DNA of 64,000 nucleotides from Eledone cirrhosa (lineage: Eukaryota): NCBI GenBank assembly GCA_964016885.1, contig OZ024744.1:44206001-44270000 (forward strand), read 5' to 3'. Shown here piece by piece: positions 13,411 to 28,849 of the stretch (the stretch's first letter is position 1; each line of letters begins with the position of its first letter). The notes beneath the pieces are model-generated. The model saw only the letters and a list, made by a program, of their open reading frames with translations, searched no databases and was not told the origin of the DNA. A program made the position numbers and the translations under genes.

Positions 13411-13439
13411 ATTAACATTCACATCACATATACATACAC

Positions 13440-13533
<94 letters not shown>

Positions 13534-13582
13534 CAGGAAAGAAGGTTGACATGGTTTGCTATACAAAAAAGTTTTTTAATCT

Positions 13583-13695
13583 CATAGCTGACAATTGTTT
13601 CTCTGAACTGGTAGGTCTAGAGATCGCTATTCGCTTATTTTCACGTTACTCGATCGCCAATACAAAATTATAACCAGTCAGATCTTCTGAGCATG
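13583..13695 (-). ncRNA. Degenerate hammerhead-like motif
   Basis: GCT-CAGAAGA(core U4 mutated)-TCTGACTGGT...ACCAGTTCAGA-GAAA-CAATTG-TC-AGC. Confidence 0.45.
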
Positions 13696-14075
13696 CGAGA
13701 ATGAAGAAAATACACAGGCAAGAAAAGAATATACAGGCTACTATATGAAGTAGTAATGGCATTCAATTAGAACAATAACAAGAATTACAACAATGCTATT
13801 AATAAATTATTTGAGGAGACCCTGACATTACTTAGGTGGGGGGTATAATGTATCTAACGTTACGGCGTGTAAAACTAGCTGTCATGAGGCAAAAGTAAGA
13901 GTTTGGCATGTACAGAGTATCGAAGTGTGTATCAATTTTAAATTATAAAGATAATCCAGTGTTTACAGTCTTTCTTTTCATCTTCAATAGTATACATGAG
14001 TGGGACAACACTGTCAAAGCTAAATAGTTGTTGAGTTAATACAGAGGACTGCATTTAACTATTATTTATTACCCC

Positions 14076-14195
<120 letters not shown>

Positions 14196-14357
14196 TACAT
14201 ATGTACATGTCACATACCTACATATATGTATAAATCTCATGCGAACCGAAAATTCTTGGAGATACGAATAATAATAATAAACTTGAACTTTTCTCAACGG
14301 ATTCTCCAAATTATGTATCATATTCAACCAAGAGGTCTTACTGCGTTTTATGTATAT

Positions 14358-15530
14358 ATCTGGTAGTTCCTAAGGAAACTAGGTGTTGAGGAATAGCTTG
14401 TGAGAACAGGGCAAAATTTGTAGAGAGGTGATGTCAGTATGGTGAGGGTAGGAATGGAGATTAGTGAGGAATTCCAGATACAAGTAGGAGTACATCAGGG
14501 TGCGTCCCCAGCCAAGCTCTTGTTTATTATAGTCCTCCAAGCCATAATAGAGGAGTTTAAGACTGGCTGTCCATGGGAACTTCTCTATGCTGACGATCTG
14601 GTTCTTATAGCAGAATCAGTAGAGGAGCTAGAGAATAAATTCTGACTATGGAAACAGCAGTTGGAATCAAGAGGACTGAGAGTGAACCTAGCAAAGTCAG
14701 AGGACAAATCTCTGATTCCGTCAGGGAAATGGCCATGTTCGATATGCAGAAAAGGAACTGGCATAAATTCTATAAAATGCACACAATGCAGATCTTGGGT
14801 ACACAAGAGATGTAGTGGGATAGCAGGCAAACTAACAGGTAGGGAGAAATACGTATGCAGTAGATGTATAGGGAAATTTGACAGTAGAAGTCGCATTGAT
14901 AGACACATTTTTCCAATGCGGTGGGTGCTATAGAAGTGGTTGATAGCTTCCGGTACCTAGGTGATCATATTAGCATGGGAGGGGGGTGTTCCGAGGCCAT
15001 AGTATCTAGAATAAGGATGGGTTAGAAGAAGTTTAGGTAGCTCCTTCCTCTGCTGACGAAGAAGGGTTTCTCCCTGCGTATGAACGGCCGGTTATATGAT
15101 GCCTGTGTGAGGAGCACAAGGATATGTGACGGCTGGAGAGAAATGAGGCAAACATGCTCCATTGGATGTGCAAAGTCAATGTGCGTGAACAGCCGAGCAT
15201 GGATGTGTTGAGAGAGAAACTGTGTCTGAGAGGGATAGATTGTAGTGTGCGGGAGAGGAGACTGCGATGGTATGGACATGTGATGCGCATGGCGGATGAC
15301 CAATGGGTGAAGAAGTGCCAGGAAATGCCAGTAGAAGGAAGACGTAGTAGAGGCAGAACACGAAAAACATGGGTGGAGGTGGTGAGAGCAGACCTCAGAG
15401 TGCTCAAGCTCATGGTGGAGATGACGAAGGACCATGACAAGTGGAGAGATGCTGTGCTGAATAGGAGAGGTCCCACCCTTGCAAGCAGGGAAAAGCGGAC
15501 GTATGATGATGATGATGATGATGATGATGA
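14358..15530 (+). mobile_element. 5'-truncated RTE LINE, same family as 9824-13410
   Basis: GVHQG, LLYADDL, PHD insert KWPCSICRKG..CTQC..VHKRC..CSRC, RLRWYGHV, (GAT)n tail. Confidence 0.9.
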
Positions 15531-15706
15531 TATAAATGGCAGGGACAGCGGCAGTTTGGTCCATTTGTGTTTGGACCTGGTATATATATGTATATATCAG
15601 AGATAATGAATCCAATAACTGTTTCCTGTATTTGTAATGTTATTTGTATATATACATGTAGGTTTACTATGATTTTGTTTATATATTCTATGTGACTATA
15701 TTACAG

Positions 15707-15751
15707 TGTCGCCTCGCACTGCACCAATCAAGCGTAAATCAGCTGAAAAGA
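15707..15751 (+). CDS. Putative micro-exon copy 3 (45 nt, phase 1-1); xSPRTAPIKRKSAEK
   Basis: tattacag|TG TCG CCT CGC ACT GCA CCA ATC AAG CGT AAA TCA GCT GAA AAG A|gtaagt. Confidence 0.68.
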
Positions 15752-16050
15752 GTAAGTTATAATTTAAACATCATGTAATAAGTTATTCAGTAACTTATTT
15801 AGGCTTTCAACAGTAAATTTACAACTACTTAATTCAGTCAAGAATATCAAACTCTATATTACCAGTTTCCCACTGGTCCTGAAGACCAGTGGGAAACTGT
15901 AGAATGTTTCTCTCATAATTCAAGACATCCCACATATGACTAGCCAAACTTTACTCCTTTTGGAAGTTTTAGATTTGTGGGATAAGTAAGCATGTCATTG
16001 ACAGGACAAACCGTATAAATGGATCTAGTGGATTAAATAAACCACAATAT

Positions 16051-17680
16051 CATCATCATCATCACCGTTTTACATCTGTTCTTCCACGCTAGCATGGGTT
16101 AGACGGAGTGTCCTGTTGTGGGCAGTGTCCAGTCGGCTGACTTTGTCTTGTTCATACAGGAACTGATTTTGGCTTGATTTCTACAGTTGGATGCCCTTCC
16201 TAACACCAACCTCATTTACAGAGAGTGCTGGGTGCTTTTTTCCATGGTGCCTACATGTGCACGTGACAGTGTGGGCTGGGTGGTTTTTTGCTGTGGCACC
16301 TCCACGACCACTTTGCAGTGGGGGATGGGGGGCAGTGGATGGGGGAATATTGTCTATATGCTTCAGCTCCGGCTTGTACCCATGGGGGGGGGTCTTCTGT
16401 ATTACTGCGTGGCGCCAGAGGTCATGGTCTTGTGTCATCGCCTTTGAGAGGTTTAATTGGGTAAGGTCGGCTTTTATCACCTCATCCCAGGTCTTCTTGG
16501 GTCTCACCACTCCGCGGTTTTCAATCGACTTCTAGTGCTCTGTCTCTCTCTCAATTCGTTTATGCTTTTCCGTTCGCGTATATTACTATTTCACATCCAT
16601 CGGAGCTTGCAAGCTTCGTTTCTTTCTAATCTATGCAAGTCTTCTACAGACAGTGCCCAGGTTTCACTTCCATGTAACATTGCTGTTCGTATACACGCAT
16701 CATACAGTCTGCCTTTCAATTGGGGCGAAATGCCTTTTGCAGCTAACAGTGGCAGTAGCTCCCTGAACTTCTTCCATCCCGTTCTTACCCTAATTATTGT
16801 ACTTTCCGAACACCCACCTCTGCTGCTAATTCGGTCACCTAGGTAGCAGAAGCTGTCTACTGTTTCTACAGAGCCCTCCCAGAGTTTGGTGGTGCTTGTT
16901 TCCTGTGGTCGTTCACTGCTTGCTGTCCCAGCACAGCTGCTACATATGAAGCCTACATTCTTAGTTAAACTTCCTGAGATCCCACTACATCACATGTGCA
17001 CCCATTGTTTGCATTTAGGGCAGAGGATGGAGTTCCTACCTGCACCTTTCCTACATACTGAGCAAAGCCATTTCCCTGAGGGTATCTGAGTTCTGTTTTC
17101 TCGTCTACTTACAAGAACCTTAGTCTTTGTCAGGTTGACTCTCAGGCCCCTTCTTTCTAGTCCCTGCTTCCATGTTTGGAATTTCTTCTTTAGTTCGACC
17201 ATGGATTCAGCTATATGTGCGAGGTTATCCACATACAGAAGTTCCCATGGGCTTCCGGTCTTAAACTCCTCCTGTATGCTAAATTCCTCGCTATAGTCAT
17301 TGCTAACTCTAACTTTGTTGACTTCTCCTCTATACATTGCTTGTACAGCTTTCACAAGCCATTCATCTACTCCTAGTTTTCTAAGAGCCCACCAGATTAT
17401 AGCACGGGGTCTCTGTCGAAGGCTTTTTCCGGATCGACGAATGCCTGGTAGAGCGGCTTACTTTTAGCTAGGTACTTTTCCTCTAACTGCCTCACAAGGA
17501 AGTGGGCATCAGTGGTGCCTTTTCCTGGTATAAACCCAAATTGCATCTCATCTAGTTTCACCCGGTCCCTAATCAACTGTGCTATAACTCTTTCCGTTAT
17601 TTTCATGACCTGGTCCATCAGCTTTATACCTCTATAGTTTCCTCTATCTAGTGCATCACCTTTACCTTTGTAGCAGTTGA
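16051..17680 (-). mobile_element. 5'-truncated RTE LINE, related subfamily
   Basis: MQFGFIPGKGTTDA, DPEKAFD, YVDN, PHD insert, RPKKTWDEV, (CAT)n tail. Confidence 0.88.
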
Positions 17681-17775
17681 CATATATACATCGAGCCCTC
17701 TTTGGATTTTAATCTTCAAATTTATTATTATTATTACTGGGTAATTGCTGGCCTTGTGCCAAAAAGTAGAAACAA

Positions 17776-17813
<38 letters not shown>

Positions 17814-17895
17814 GTTATGCCGAGTTGAATCGGAGGTAACCACAGTAAGTAAGGTACTCAATACATTGCAGAGTATAAAAGTTTTAATATAGATA

Positions 17896-17946
17896 AGATT
17901 CTACAGGACTAGAACTGTTTCATTCTTTAGAAATCATCAGGAATCT
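17896..17946 (-). ncRNA. Type I hammerhead ribozyme in a Penelope-type terminal repeat
   Basis: Exact inverted copy of 21247-21297. Confidence 0.8.
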
Positions 17947-18399
17947 GGGTATCAAAAAATAGATATGGTATTTATAGGTCTCTACAAGTGGTAGGAGAGG
18001 GTGGGGAGTGGGATGGGTGTAGGTCATTGGTTGATAGAAAAGGGAATTCATTAAAAGCTAATTCTACAAAGCTATAGTTTATTTTTATTAATTTTTGTTT
18101 TTAGAGTAACAAAGGCAGATAGAATTCTATAAACAGGTTCCGGATGGCATACCATTCCTTGTCATTAAGTTTCTCTTAAGCTAACAGATGTCTATAAGAT
18201 CAGTGGGGGGTCAGTCATGGTAGATAGAATTAAAGGAAAGGGAGATTCTTTAAAAGCTAAATTCATTAAGGTTCTACTAAGTGAAAAAGGTTTAGAGAAT
18301 TCTGTAGACAGATTCAAAATACTGAGTGCATATCTTACAATTATCTTCGAACTTCTCTTAAACTAATCAAATATATGCCAAAAATCAACAGACACATTC

Positions 18400-21155
<2,756 letters not shown>

Positions 21156-21246
21156 ATATCAACCAATGACCTACACCCATCCCACTCCCCACCCTCTCCT
21201 ACCACTTGTAGAGACCTATAAATACCATATTTATTTTTTGATACCC

Positions 21247-21297
21247 AGATTCCTGATGATTTCTAAAGAATGAAACAGTTCTAGTCCTGTAGAATCT
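21247..21297 (+). ncRNA. Type I hammerhead ribozyme in a Penelope-type terminal repeat
   Basis: AGATTC-CTGATGA-tTTCTaaAGAAt-GAAA-CAG ttctagtc CTG-TA-GAATCT; all three stems and the core are present. Confidence 0.82.
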
Positions 21298-21688
21298 CAT
21301 CTATATTAAAACTTATATATATATATATATATATGTATGTATAATATATATATATGTATACATTTACATATGATGGCTGCCCCCTCGTTATCGAGTATGG
21401 CCATTGCACGAGAAGAAAAAAAAAAAAATAAATAAATAAATAAAATAAAATAAAATAAAATAATAATAATAATAATAATAAAAAAAAAGAAATATATATA
21501 TATATACATACATACATACATACACCTATACATACACACATACACACACACACACATACACACACACACACATACATTAATAACAATAATAATAATAATA
21601 ATAATAATAGCAATAATAATAATAACGACAACAACAATAATAATATACATATTAATATATATATACACACACACGCACGCACATAAGC

Positions 21689-21760
<72 letters not shown>

Positions 21761-21766
21761 TAACAA

Positions 21767-24700
21767 CTAACAGTGCTGCGATCGAATGTGGCTTTTTAGC
21801 CCAGCCAATGATCTACAATGTCTTGCACAGAGTCGGCAACCAAAACATTCACTGGGAATAGTCAGCTGTGGTTGGAGTTCGTGTACTTTTGCATGTCGCT
21901 TGAGCCCTCCTGCTGATTTACATTCTCTACCACATGTTTGGCAAGCATGATGAGTAGCATCTCCAACAGCAGCCTGGTAGTCAACCACTGGTCTTACTTT
22001 ATGACTGCGAAGATGACTTTCGAGTCCAGCTTTGCTTAGGCAGAGTCTCGCACAGACGCTGCATGTCAGCACCATAGGAGGACCCTCGCCGTCTGGAAGT
22101 GCAACAGCAATGCCCTTCCTCACATCCCGCTTTACTTTCTCGTGTGCGATTTGAGATGCCTCAAAGGCAACTTTTCCCTCATATACAGTCTTTCTCCATT
22201 TATTACGATCAGCAGCAATATTTTCCCATGTATCAGCAGAGATGTTAGCGTCTTTCAGAGAGGCTTTCAAGGAATCCTTATACCTCTTTTTTGGTTTATG
22301 TAGTGGTCGTTTTCCTTTAACCAACTCTCCATAGAAGAGTTGTTTTGGTATTCTAGAATCCTTCATCCTGGCAAGGTGACCACTCCAACGGAGTCGTTGC
22401 TTAAGCACAAGAGCTTCTATACTGTCACACATAGAGCTTTCCAAAATCTCGACATCACTGATGTGGTCCCTCCAGTGAACGCCATGGATCCGTCTGAGAC
22501 ACATCTGATGAAAACGCTCCAATTGCTTAAGGTGGTGTCGATATGTGACCCAGGTCTCGCAGGCATAAAGAAGACAAGAGAGTACACATGCCCTGTACAC
22601 CTTTACCTTTGTCCTCCTGCATATGTCTCGCCGACCCCAGAGTCGCCTTTCTAGCTTTCCGAAAGCATCACTTGCTTTCCTAATCCTAAGTGAGATTTCA
22701 CTGTCAAGGTTGTCGTATCGATTGACAGTGCTTCCCAGGTAGACAAACTGATCAACCACTCCAAGTCGTTTGCCATACACATAGATGTTTGGTTCAGTGT
22801 ACTGCTTACTAGAGGCAGGTTGGTACATGACGACGGTTTTCTTGAGACTGACAGTCAAACCCAGGGCAGTGCAAGCGTCAGAAAATGCATTCAAAATGTG
22901 CTGCATATCACTTTCTGTGTGCGCTACAAGATCGCAATCATCTGCATACAAGAGGTCTCTTATGATTGATGTAAATACTTTTGTCTTCGCAGCAAAGCAC
23001 CTGATGTTAAATATGCTGCCTGAGGTTCGATATCGGATGTAAACACCATGCTCGCAATTCCTGAATGCAATACAGAAAACCATTGCAAAGTATATGGCAA
23101 ACAGGGTCGGTGCTGGAATATCCCCCCGTTTCACTCCATTTTTTACTGAGATAGGCTCCGACATGTTACCTCCGACATTAACCCAAGCCTTCATGTCGTC
23201 ATGGAAAGACCTAACTAAAGCAAGGAACTTATCAGGGCAACCAAGTTTCTGGAGAACCTTCCACAATGCCTCTCAGTTGACAGTATCGAAAGCCTTTGTC
23301 AGATCGACAAAAACCTGATACAGATCCAAGCCTTGTTCAATGCACTTCTCCTGGAGCTGTCTAGCTGAGAAGATCATATCAGTAGTGCCGCGTCCAGCAC
23401 GAAAACCAGATTGACTTTCAGGAAGAACACAATCTGCAATGTGTGTCAGCAGACGGTACAGAAGCACCCTACATAAAACTTTCCCTACGACAGAAAGCAA
23501 TGATATACCTCTGTAGTTCCCACAATCATTCCTGTTACCCTTTCCCTTGTACAAGACCACCATTACTGCATCTCTCCAGTCCTCAGGTACGGATTCATTA
23601 GCCCATATCCTTCCAAACAAAGAGTGCAGATGTTGCAGGAGTCTCTCACCACCATATTGTAGGAGCTCAGCATGTATTCCATCCATACCTGGAGATCTTC
23701 CACTGTTCAGCTTCGAAATAGCCACTGCAACCTCCACAAGCGTCGGAGGTTCTGCGAGAGCTACTTTCACAGGACTTTCTGGAATCAGATTGAGGAAATC
23801 TTCACTGACGACAGACGGCTGATTCAAAAGATCATCAAAGTGCTCTCGCCACCTTCGTAGAATACCCTGTGAGTCACGAAGAAGTTCTTTGCCATCCTTG
23901 CTGCGAAGCGGTGTCACCAGAGAAGAAGACGGTCCATAAACCTCACGCAAGAGACTGTACAACAGCTTTGTGTTATTGGAATCAGACGCAGTTTGTATCT
24001 CACCAGCCTTCTCACTCCACCACTGATCCTTCATCTGAGAAAGACTCCGCCTAACACGTGATTTTACATCCCTGAGCTCCTCATGCAACATATTCCTCTC
24101 CTGTGGTTTTGCCGTCAAGTAGCGTGACAGAGCACGCCTCTCATCAGCCAACAAGTCTTCTATATGTACATCATTCTCATTAAACCAGTCCTGATGTTTT
24201 CTCTGCACCAATCCCAGAACACGCCTGCCTACATCATAAACCAACTTTTTAAGGGTCGGCCAATCCTCACCAAGATCTGCAGCCTGCATCTCTTCTTCCA
24301 ATGTCCTCTTCACATTTTTATCCTTAAGACGAGCAGCATTCAATCTGTTGGGCAGGGTAACACCAGGAGCCCGGATTTAACGTTTAGTGATTAGTTTCAC
24401 TTTTGCGCGTACCAGGCGGTGGTCCGTCCAGCACTCAGCTCCACGAAGAACACGAACACACTGCACATCCTGTCTGTCACGCATCCTGACTAGGACGTAG
24501 TCCATAAGATGCCATTCCTTAGATGCAGGATGCATCCATGTGGTCTTGAATTTGTTCTTTTGTTGGAACATGGTGTTGGTAACACACAGATCCAGCTCCT
24601 CACACATCTGCAGCAGGAGCATACCATTGCTGTTACACTTTCCCACCCCATGCCTTCCGATTACATTCCATGTGTTAAAATCCCTACCCACTCTAGCATT

Positions 24701-25185
24701 AAAGTCACCAAGCACGATGACTTTGTCTGCCTGAGGGATATTTCTTAGAACACCTTTCAAGGCATGGTAAAAGGACAGTTTTTCTTCATCGACAGAATTC
24801 ATAGTTGGAGCATACACACTCACCAGGGTAGCATATCTTCCTCTGTCCAGCGGAACTCTCATGGACATAAGACGCTCACTAATCCCTACTGGGAATTCTT
24901 CTAATTTATTGACAAGTACAGTCTTAACAGCAAATCCTACCCCAGCCTCTCTTCTGGTTCCTTCATCTCTTCCTTTCCAGAAGAATGTATATTCTCCACA
25001 AAATTCCGTAAGATGACCATCTCCAGCTAACCTCGTCTCAGATAAAGCCACGATGTCAAGATCGTAACATCGAAGCTCCTTTGCAACTTCGTTCAGGACG
25101 CTCCAAGGAATCCCTGTCAAGCAGCGTCCGTACGTTCCAGCAGCCAAGACTACATGCCTTGTTTGGCTCTATTACAATGGCACGA
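21767..25185 (-). mobile_element. RTE (BovB-like) LINE, nearly intact ORF with three C-terminal C2H2 zinc fingers
   Basis: ORFs 24377-25147, 23273-24343 and 21767-23266 share one frame, split only by a TAA and a TGA; APE (ALSETR, GDFNARVG, TDH); RT (NYRGISLL, DLTKAFD, YADD); three CxxC-x12-H-x3/4-H motifs. Confidence 0.93.
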
Positions 25186-25804
25186 TGACGAGCGGGCCCA
25201 GGCTGTGATAACTTGGGGCCCCTGCCCTTATTGCCAATGATCTTTTTTGTTCCAGAACCTAAATTGCCAATTATCTATCTCTTTTACATTGTTCTGGAAC
25301 ATCATTGGAAAAAAAAAATAAAATAAAATAAAAAGTAATAATAATAGTAATAATAATAATAATAATAGTAGTACACTATTTATAATTATTAATGCACTCG
25401 TGCAATGCCTGTGCGTGACGAATATTTTTAAAGTGAGGAAAGACTGTGCACTGAGCCAATCCCACTCTCTGAGCGACAGCTATAACCCGAAAAGAAGAAA
25501 AGATCAACATCATCGGTAACTACTGAGCCGCAGGTTTTATATCGGAGTTAACCCAGTTTCCTGAGATGCCTTCTCCTAGAAGAATGCCCTGACAAGGGCT
25601 AGGGGTTCTTCACTCCCAGTGGTTTAACTGCGCGATCGGGCATCCAGCCCGATTATTTCTATGTCCCCGCGCGCAAAAAAAAAAAAAAACTCACTTATTG
25701 ACACTTATACGTACGACATACATACACACGCATACACATGCGCGCACACAGCAACACATACATACAAACAAACACACACACACGCTACTCTACTCACTTA
25801 CACG

Positions 25805-25841
<37 letters not shown>

Positions 25842-25974
25842 TACCGTCATTACTGATACAAGATTACAAGATTATGTCAACTGTTGACTTTCAAGAGTTT
25901 GTATAGTTGAAGCCGATCGTACTACAGTCCAGTATTATTATAATTGCTTTACAGCATAGAGTTATGGCTCTCCA

Positions 25975-26100
25975 CGCTCTGAGCTCAAATCCCGCCGAGA
26001 TCAACCTTGCCCTTCATCCCCACGGAGTCAACAAAAGAGAGTACCAGTGATGCGCTGGGCCAGTCGCTGGATCCGTGTCAAAAGCAGAAAAATTATTATT
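25975..26100 (+). mobile_element. SINE fragment
   Basis: ctgagctcaaatcccgccgagatcaaccttgcccttcatcc..gtaccag, homologous to 61871-62055. Confidence 0.65.
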
Positions 26101-27073
26101 AAAGTTGTTTTCTTAAGGCCCGGTCGCTGGTGATGGTGGTGGTGGTGGCAGTTGATGTTGTTGTTGTGTTGTGTGCGTGTGTGTGTGTGTTTTGTTATTT
26201 TGAGTTTTTTTTTGGTTTTTTTTTCCTTCCCTTTTCTTTTCTTTTCCCTTCCTTTTTTTATGTTTTGATGCCGCTGTTGTTGTTGTAAATGTTCATTTCA
26301 GTTCATTTCAGTTCATTCTGAAGCTGTTGCTGTAAACATTAGTGCCGGTGTTGTTGATGTTGTAGATGTTGGGGTTGAAATCTGGTCGTTTGACTGAGTG
26401 ATGTATATACACACATACACACACACATATATATATATATACACATTCAACAGAGAGTAGAGAGTTTGACAACAAGTCGATGACTTTAGTCTAGATAGGG
26501 TATGGTATGGTAATGACATGTGATGGTGGGGAGAGAGTGTAGACGTTATTGTGGTGGTGGGGACAGTGAGATCTATCTAGTTCATTTGACCGTTTTCTTC
26601 TCTTTGCAAAATTTGAATTTTAGCCATGTTATATTGAGATGTAAGTAAATGTAAAATGTAAAATATAAATAAGGATTGCTCTGCTAAAATATACTAAAAT
26701 ATTTGTGTAACTTCCACAAACTTCTGCCGTGACATTCCCGAGTCCAGTGACCAAAAAATTGTTGTATTTTGATGTTTCAGAATACAAAAGTTAATTAAAA
26801 ACTTACCCCACGAAAAGACAGCGTGTGTTGTCCTATCTATAAGCTCCCTCATACATATACATTTACATATATATACATATATATATACGTATATATATAT
26901 AAATGGCAGGGACAGCAGCAGTTTGGTCCATTTGTGTTTGGACCTGGTGTATATATGTATATATCAGAGATAATGAATCTAATAACTGTTTCCTGTATTT
27001 GTAATGTTATTTGTATATATACATGTAGGTTTACTATGATTTTGTTTATATATTCTAGGTGACCATATTACAG

Positions 27074-27118
27074 TGTCCCCTCATAGTGCTCCAATCAAGC
27101 CAAAATCAAACAAAAAGG
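27074..27118 (+). CDS. Putative micro-exon copy 4 (45 nt, phase 1-1); xSPHSAPIKPKSNKK
   Basis: tattacag|TG TCC CCT CAT AGT GCT CCA ATC AAG CCA AAA TCA AAC AAA AAG G|gtaagt. Confidence 0.68.
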
Positions 27119-27579
27119 GTAAGTTATAACATCATCTAATAAGTTATTCAGTAATTTATCCTTTCACTATATATATATATATATATGTGTGTGTATATAA
27201 TAAATGAAGAATTAGAAATAGAAGCCAGGAATATCCGTCATCAGTGGTCTACTAGCCATCATAGGTATTTCTTCGCATTACAGACCATATACCTCAAGCT
27301 AGGGCGATACAATAACTACATTAAGTTATTGGGATAAAAAGAGTTGGGTGGAGAAAGAGAGACAGGTAAACAAACACGAATGGTGAGGCAATGTACAGAG
27401 AGGAAAAAATGAGAAAATCAAGTCAATAATTCATTTTGAACAGTCTTTGCCTTCTCGTCAATATTCGCAAGTTCTTATGTTCAGGACCAGTAGGAAACTT
27501 TAGAATATTTATCTCATAATTCTAGACATCCCACATATTACTCCTTTCTATGAATTTGTATACATGGAAGTCTATGTAA

Positions 27580-28170
27580 TGTGTATGGTGAAACTAATGA
27601 ATAAAATAGTGTGTACATATATAAGTGAAGTGACGCCAGACAGTCCTATGCGAGCAAGACAACCACTCTTGCCTCAAGTGGGAAAACCCCCGTCCAAACC
27701 CATGCAAGCGTGAAACAGGGACGTTAAACGATGATGATGATGATGATGATATATTTTCTTTATTAGGACTGTTGTCATGATTATAGAAAATTTAGTAGCA
27801 AATGTATATTTACGGAGCTAAGCTAACCTCTTTTTTATATTATATATAGATGAGATACCGAGATCGAGATCGTGTAGGTGTCACGACAAAAAAAAACAAA
27901 AAACAAAAGAAAACACACAGTCCATGCTGTAATGTGGCCATGTAGGTAATACGGCCATGTAGGTAATACGGTAAAATGTTCCCAGTTCCACACTGTAAAT
28001 GTGGTTGGTGTTAGGAAGGGCATCCAGCCGTACAAAACCTGCCAGATAGTCCTATATGAGTGAGACACGGTCACCCAACCAACCTTGCCTCAAGTGGTAC
28101 AACTCCCGTCTAACCCATGCTAGCGTGGAAGATGGACGTTAAACGAAGATGATGATGATGATGATGATGA
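27580..28170. mobile_element. Patchwork of CR1 5'-end pieces (27580-27635, 27753-27823) and two + strand RTE tails (27635-27750, 27860-28170)
   Basis: Matches to 7236-7290 and 7486-7554 (CR1) and to 9440-9806 (RTE tail with (GAT)n). Confidence 0.75.
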
Positions 28171-28316
28171 TATATATTACAATTAATCATCATTTTTTTA
28201 TAGGGCGGGGCCAGTTGTTAAATAACATACTAAACAATTATAGTTGTCCACTTATCACATTATCGATGTCTTATATATACCTGTAAGTTTACTGTGATTT
28301 TTATGTTTGTTTTCAG

Positions 28317-28545
28317 ATATGTAAAACGATAAGACATTGAACAAAATGAATACGATAAGAAATTGTATAAAAACCTGTCTACTATTAATGAACATAGAGT
28401 AAATATGGAATATTTTAGGAGAAAAAAACATTTGTCAGTCATTTCAAACGTACGGAGAATGTACCACTGTAAATTATTTCAAATATTAACTGATTTGATA
28501 TCTAACACAGTTAATTTTTTAAATAAATAGATAAATGTAGAAAAG
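28317..28545 (+). CDS. Putative terminal exon (D-M-stop at 28317-28324, then 3' UTR) of the micro-exon gene
   Basis: Strong acceptor ttatgtttgttttcag|AT ATG TAA in phase 1 after exon 4; AATAAA at 28522-28527; upstream intron 28273-28301 matches the micro-exon intron motif at 26/29 nt. Confidence 0.55.
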
Positions 28546-28849
28546 TATGGAAAAATCCGAGGAAGTATTAATGAATTTTATCTTCCATTTTTCGATATTT
28601 CGGTTCTCTCTCTTTCAATCTCCCTCTCGCTCTCTCTTTCTATCTCTCTCCCTCTCACTCTCTTTCCCTCTCGCTCTCTTTCTATCTCTCTCCCTCTCAC
28701 TCTCTCTCACTCTCGCTCTCTCTTTCTATCCACTCTTCACGACCCCTCCCCCCATTGCTTTCCATCTGTTTTTTTTTTTGTTTTCGTTTTGTTTTTTTGA
28801 CTACCGTCTCTCCTTAGGACACCCCTTTCCCACTCCCCATCCCTACCAT

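Noticed and set aside
23273-23275. In-frame TGA in the RTE ORF as recoding or selenocysteine
   Set aside because: The position is a conserved Arg (FDTVNREALW); CGA>TGA CpG decay is sufficient.
27059-27118. Alternative 60-nt version of exon 4 using the upstream ctag acceptor
   Set aside because: That AG is absent at the aligned position in the other three cassettes; the downstream cag is the shared acceptor, though minor use is possible.
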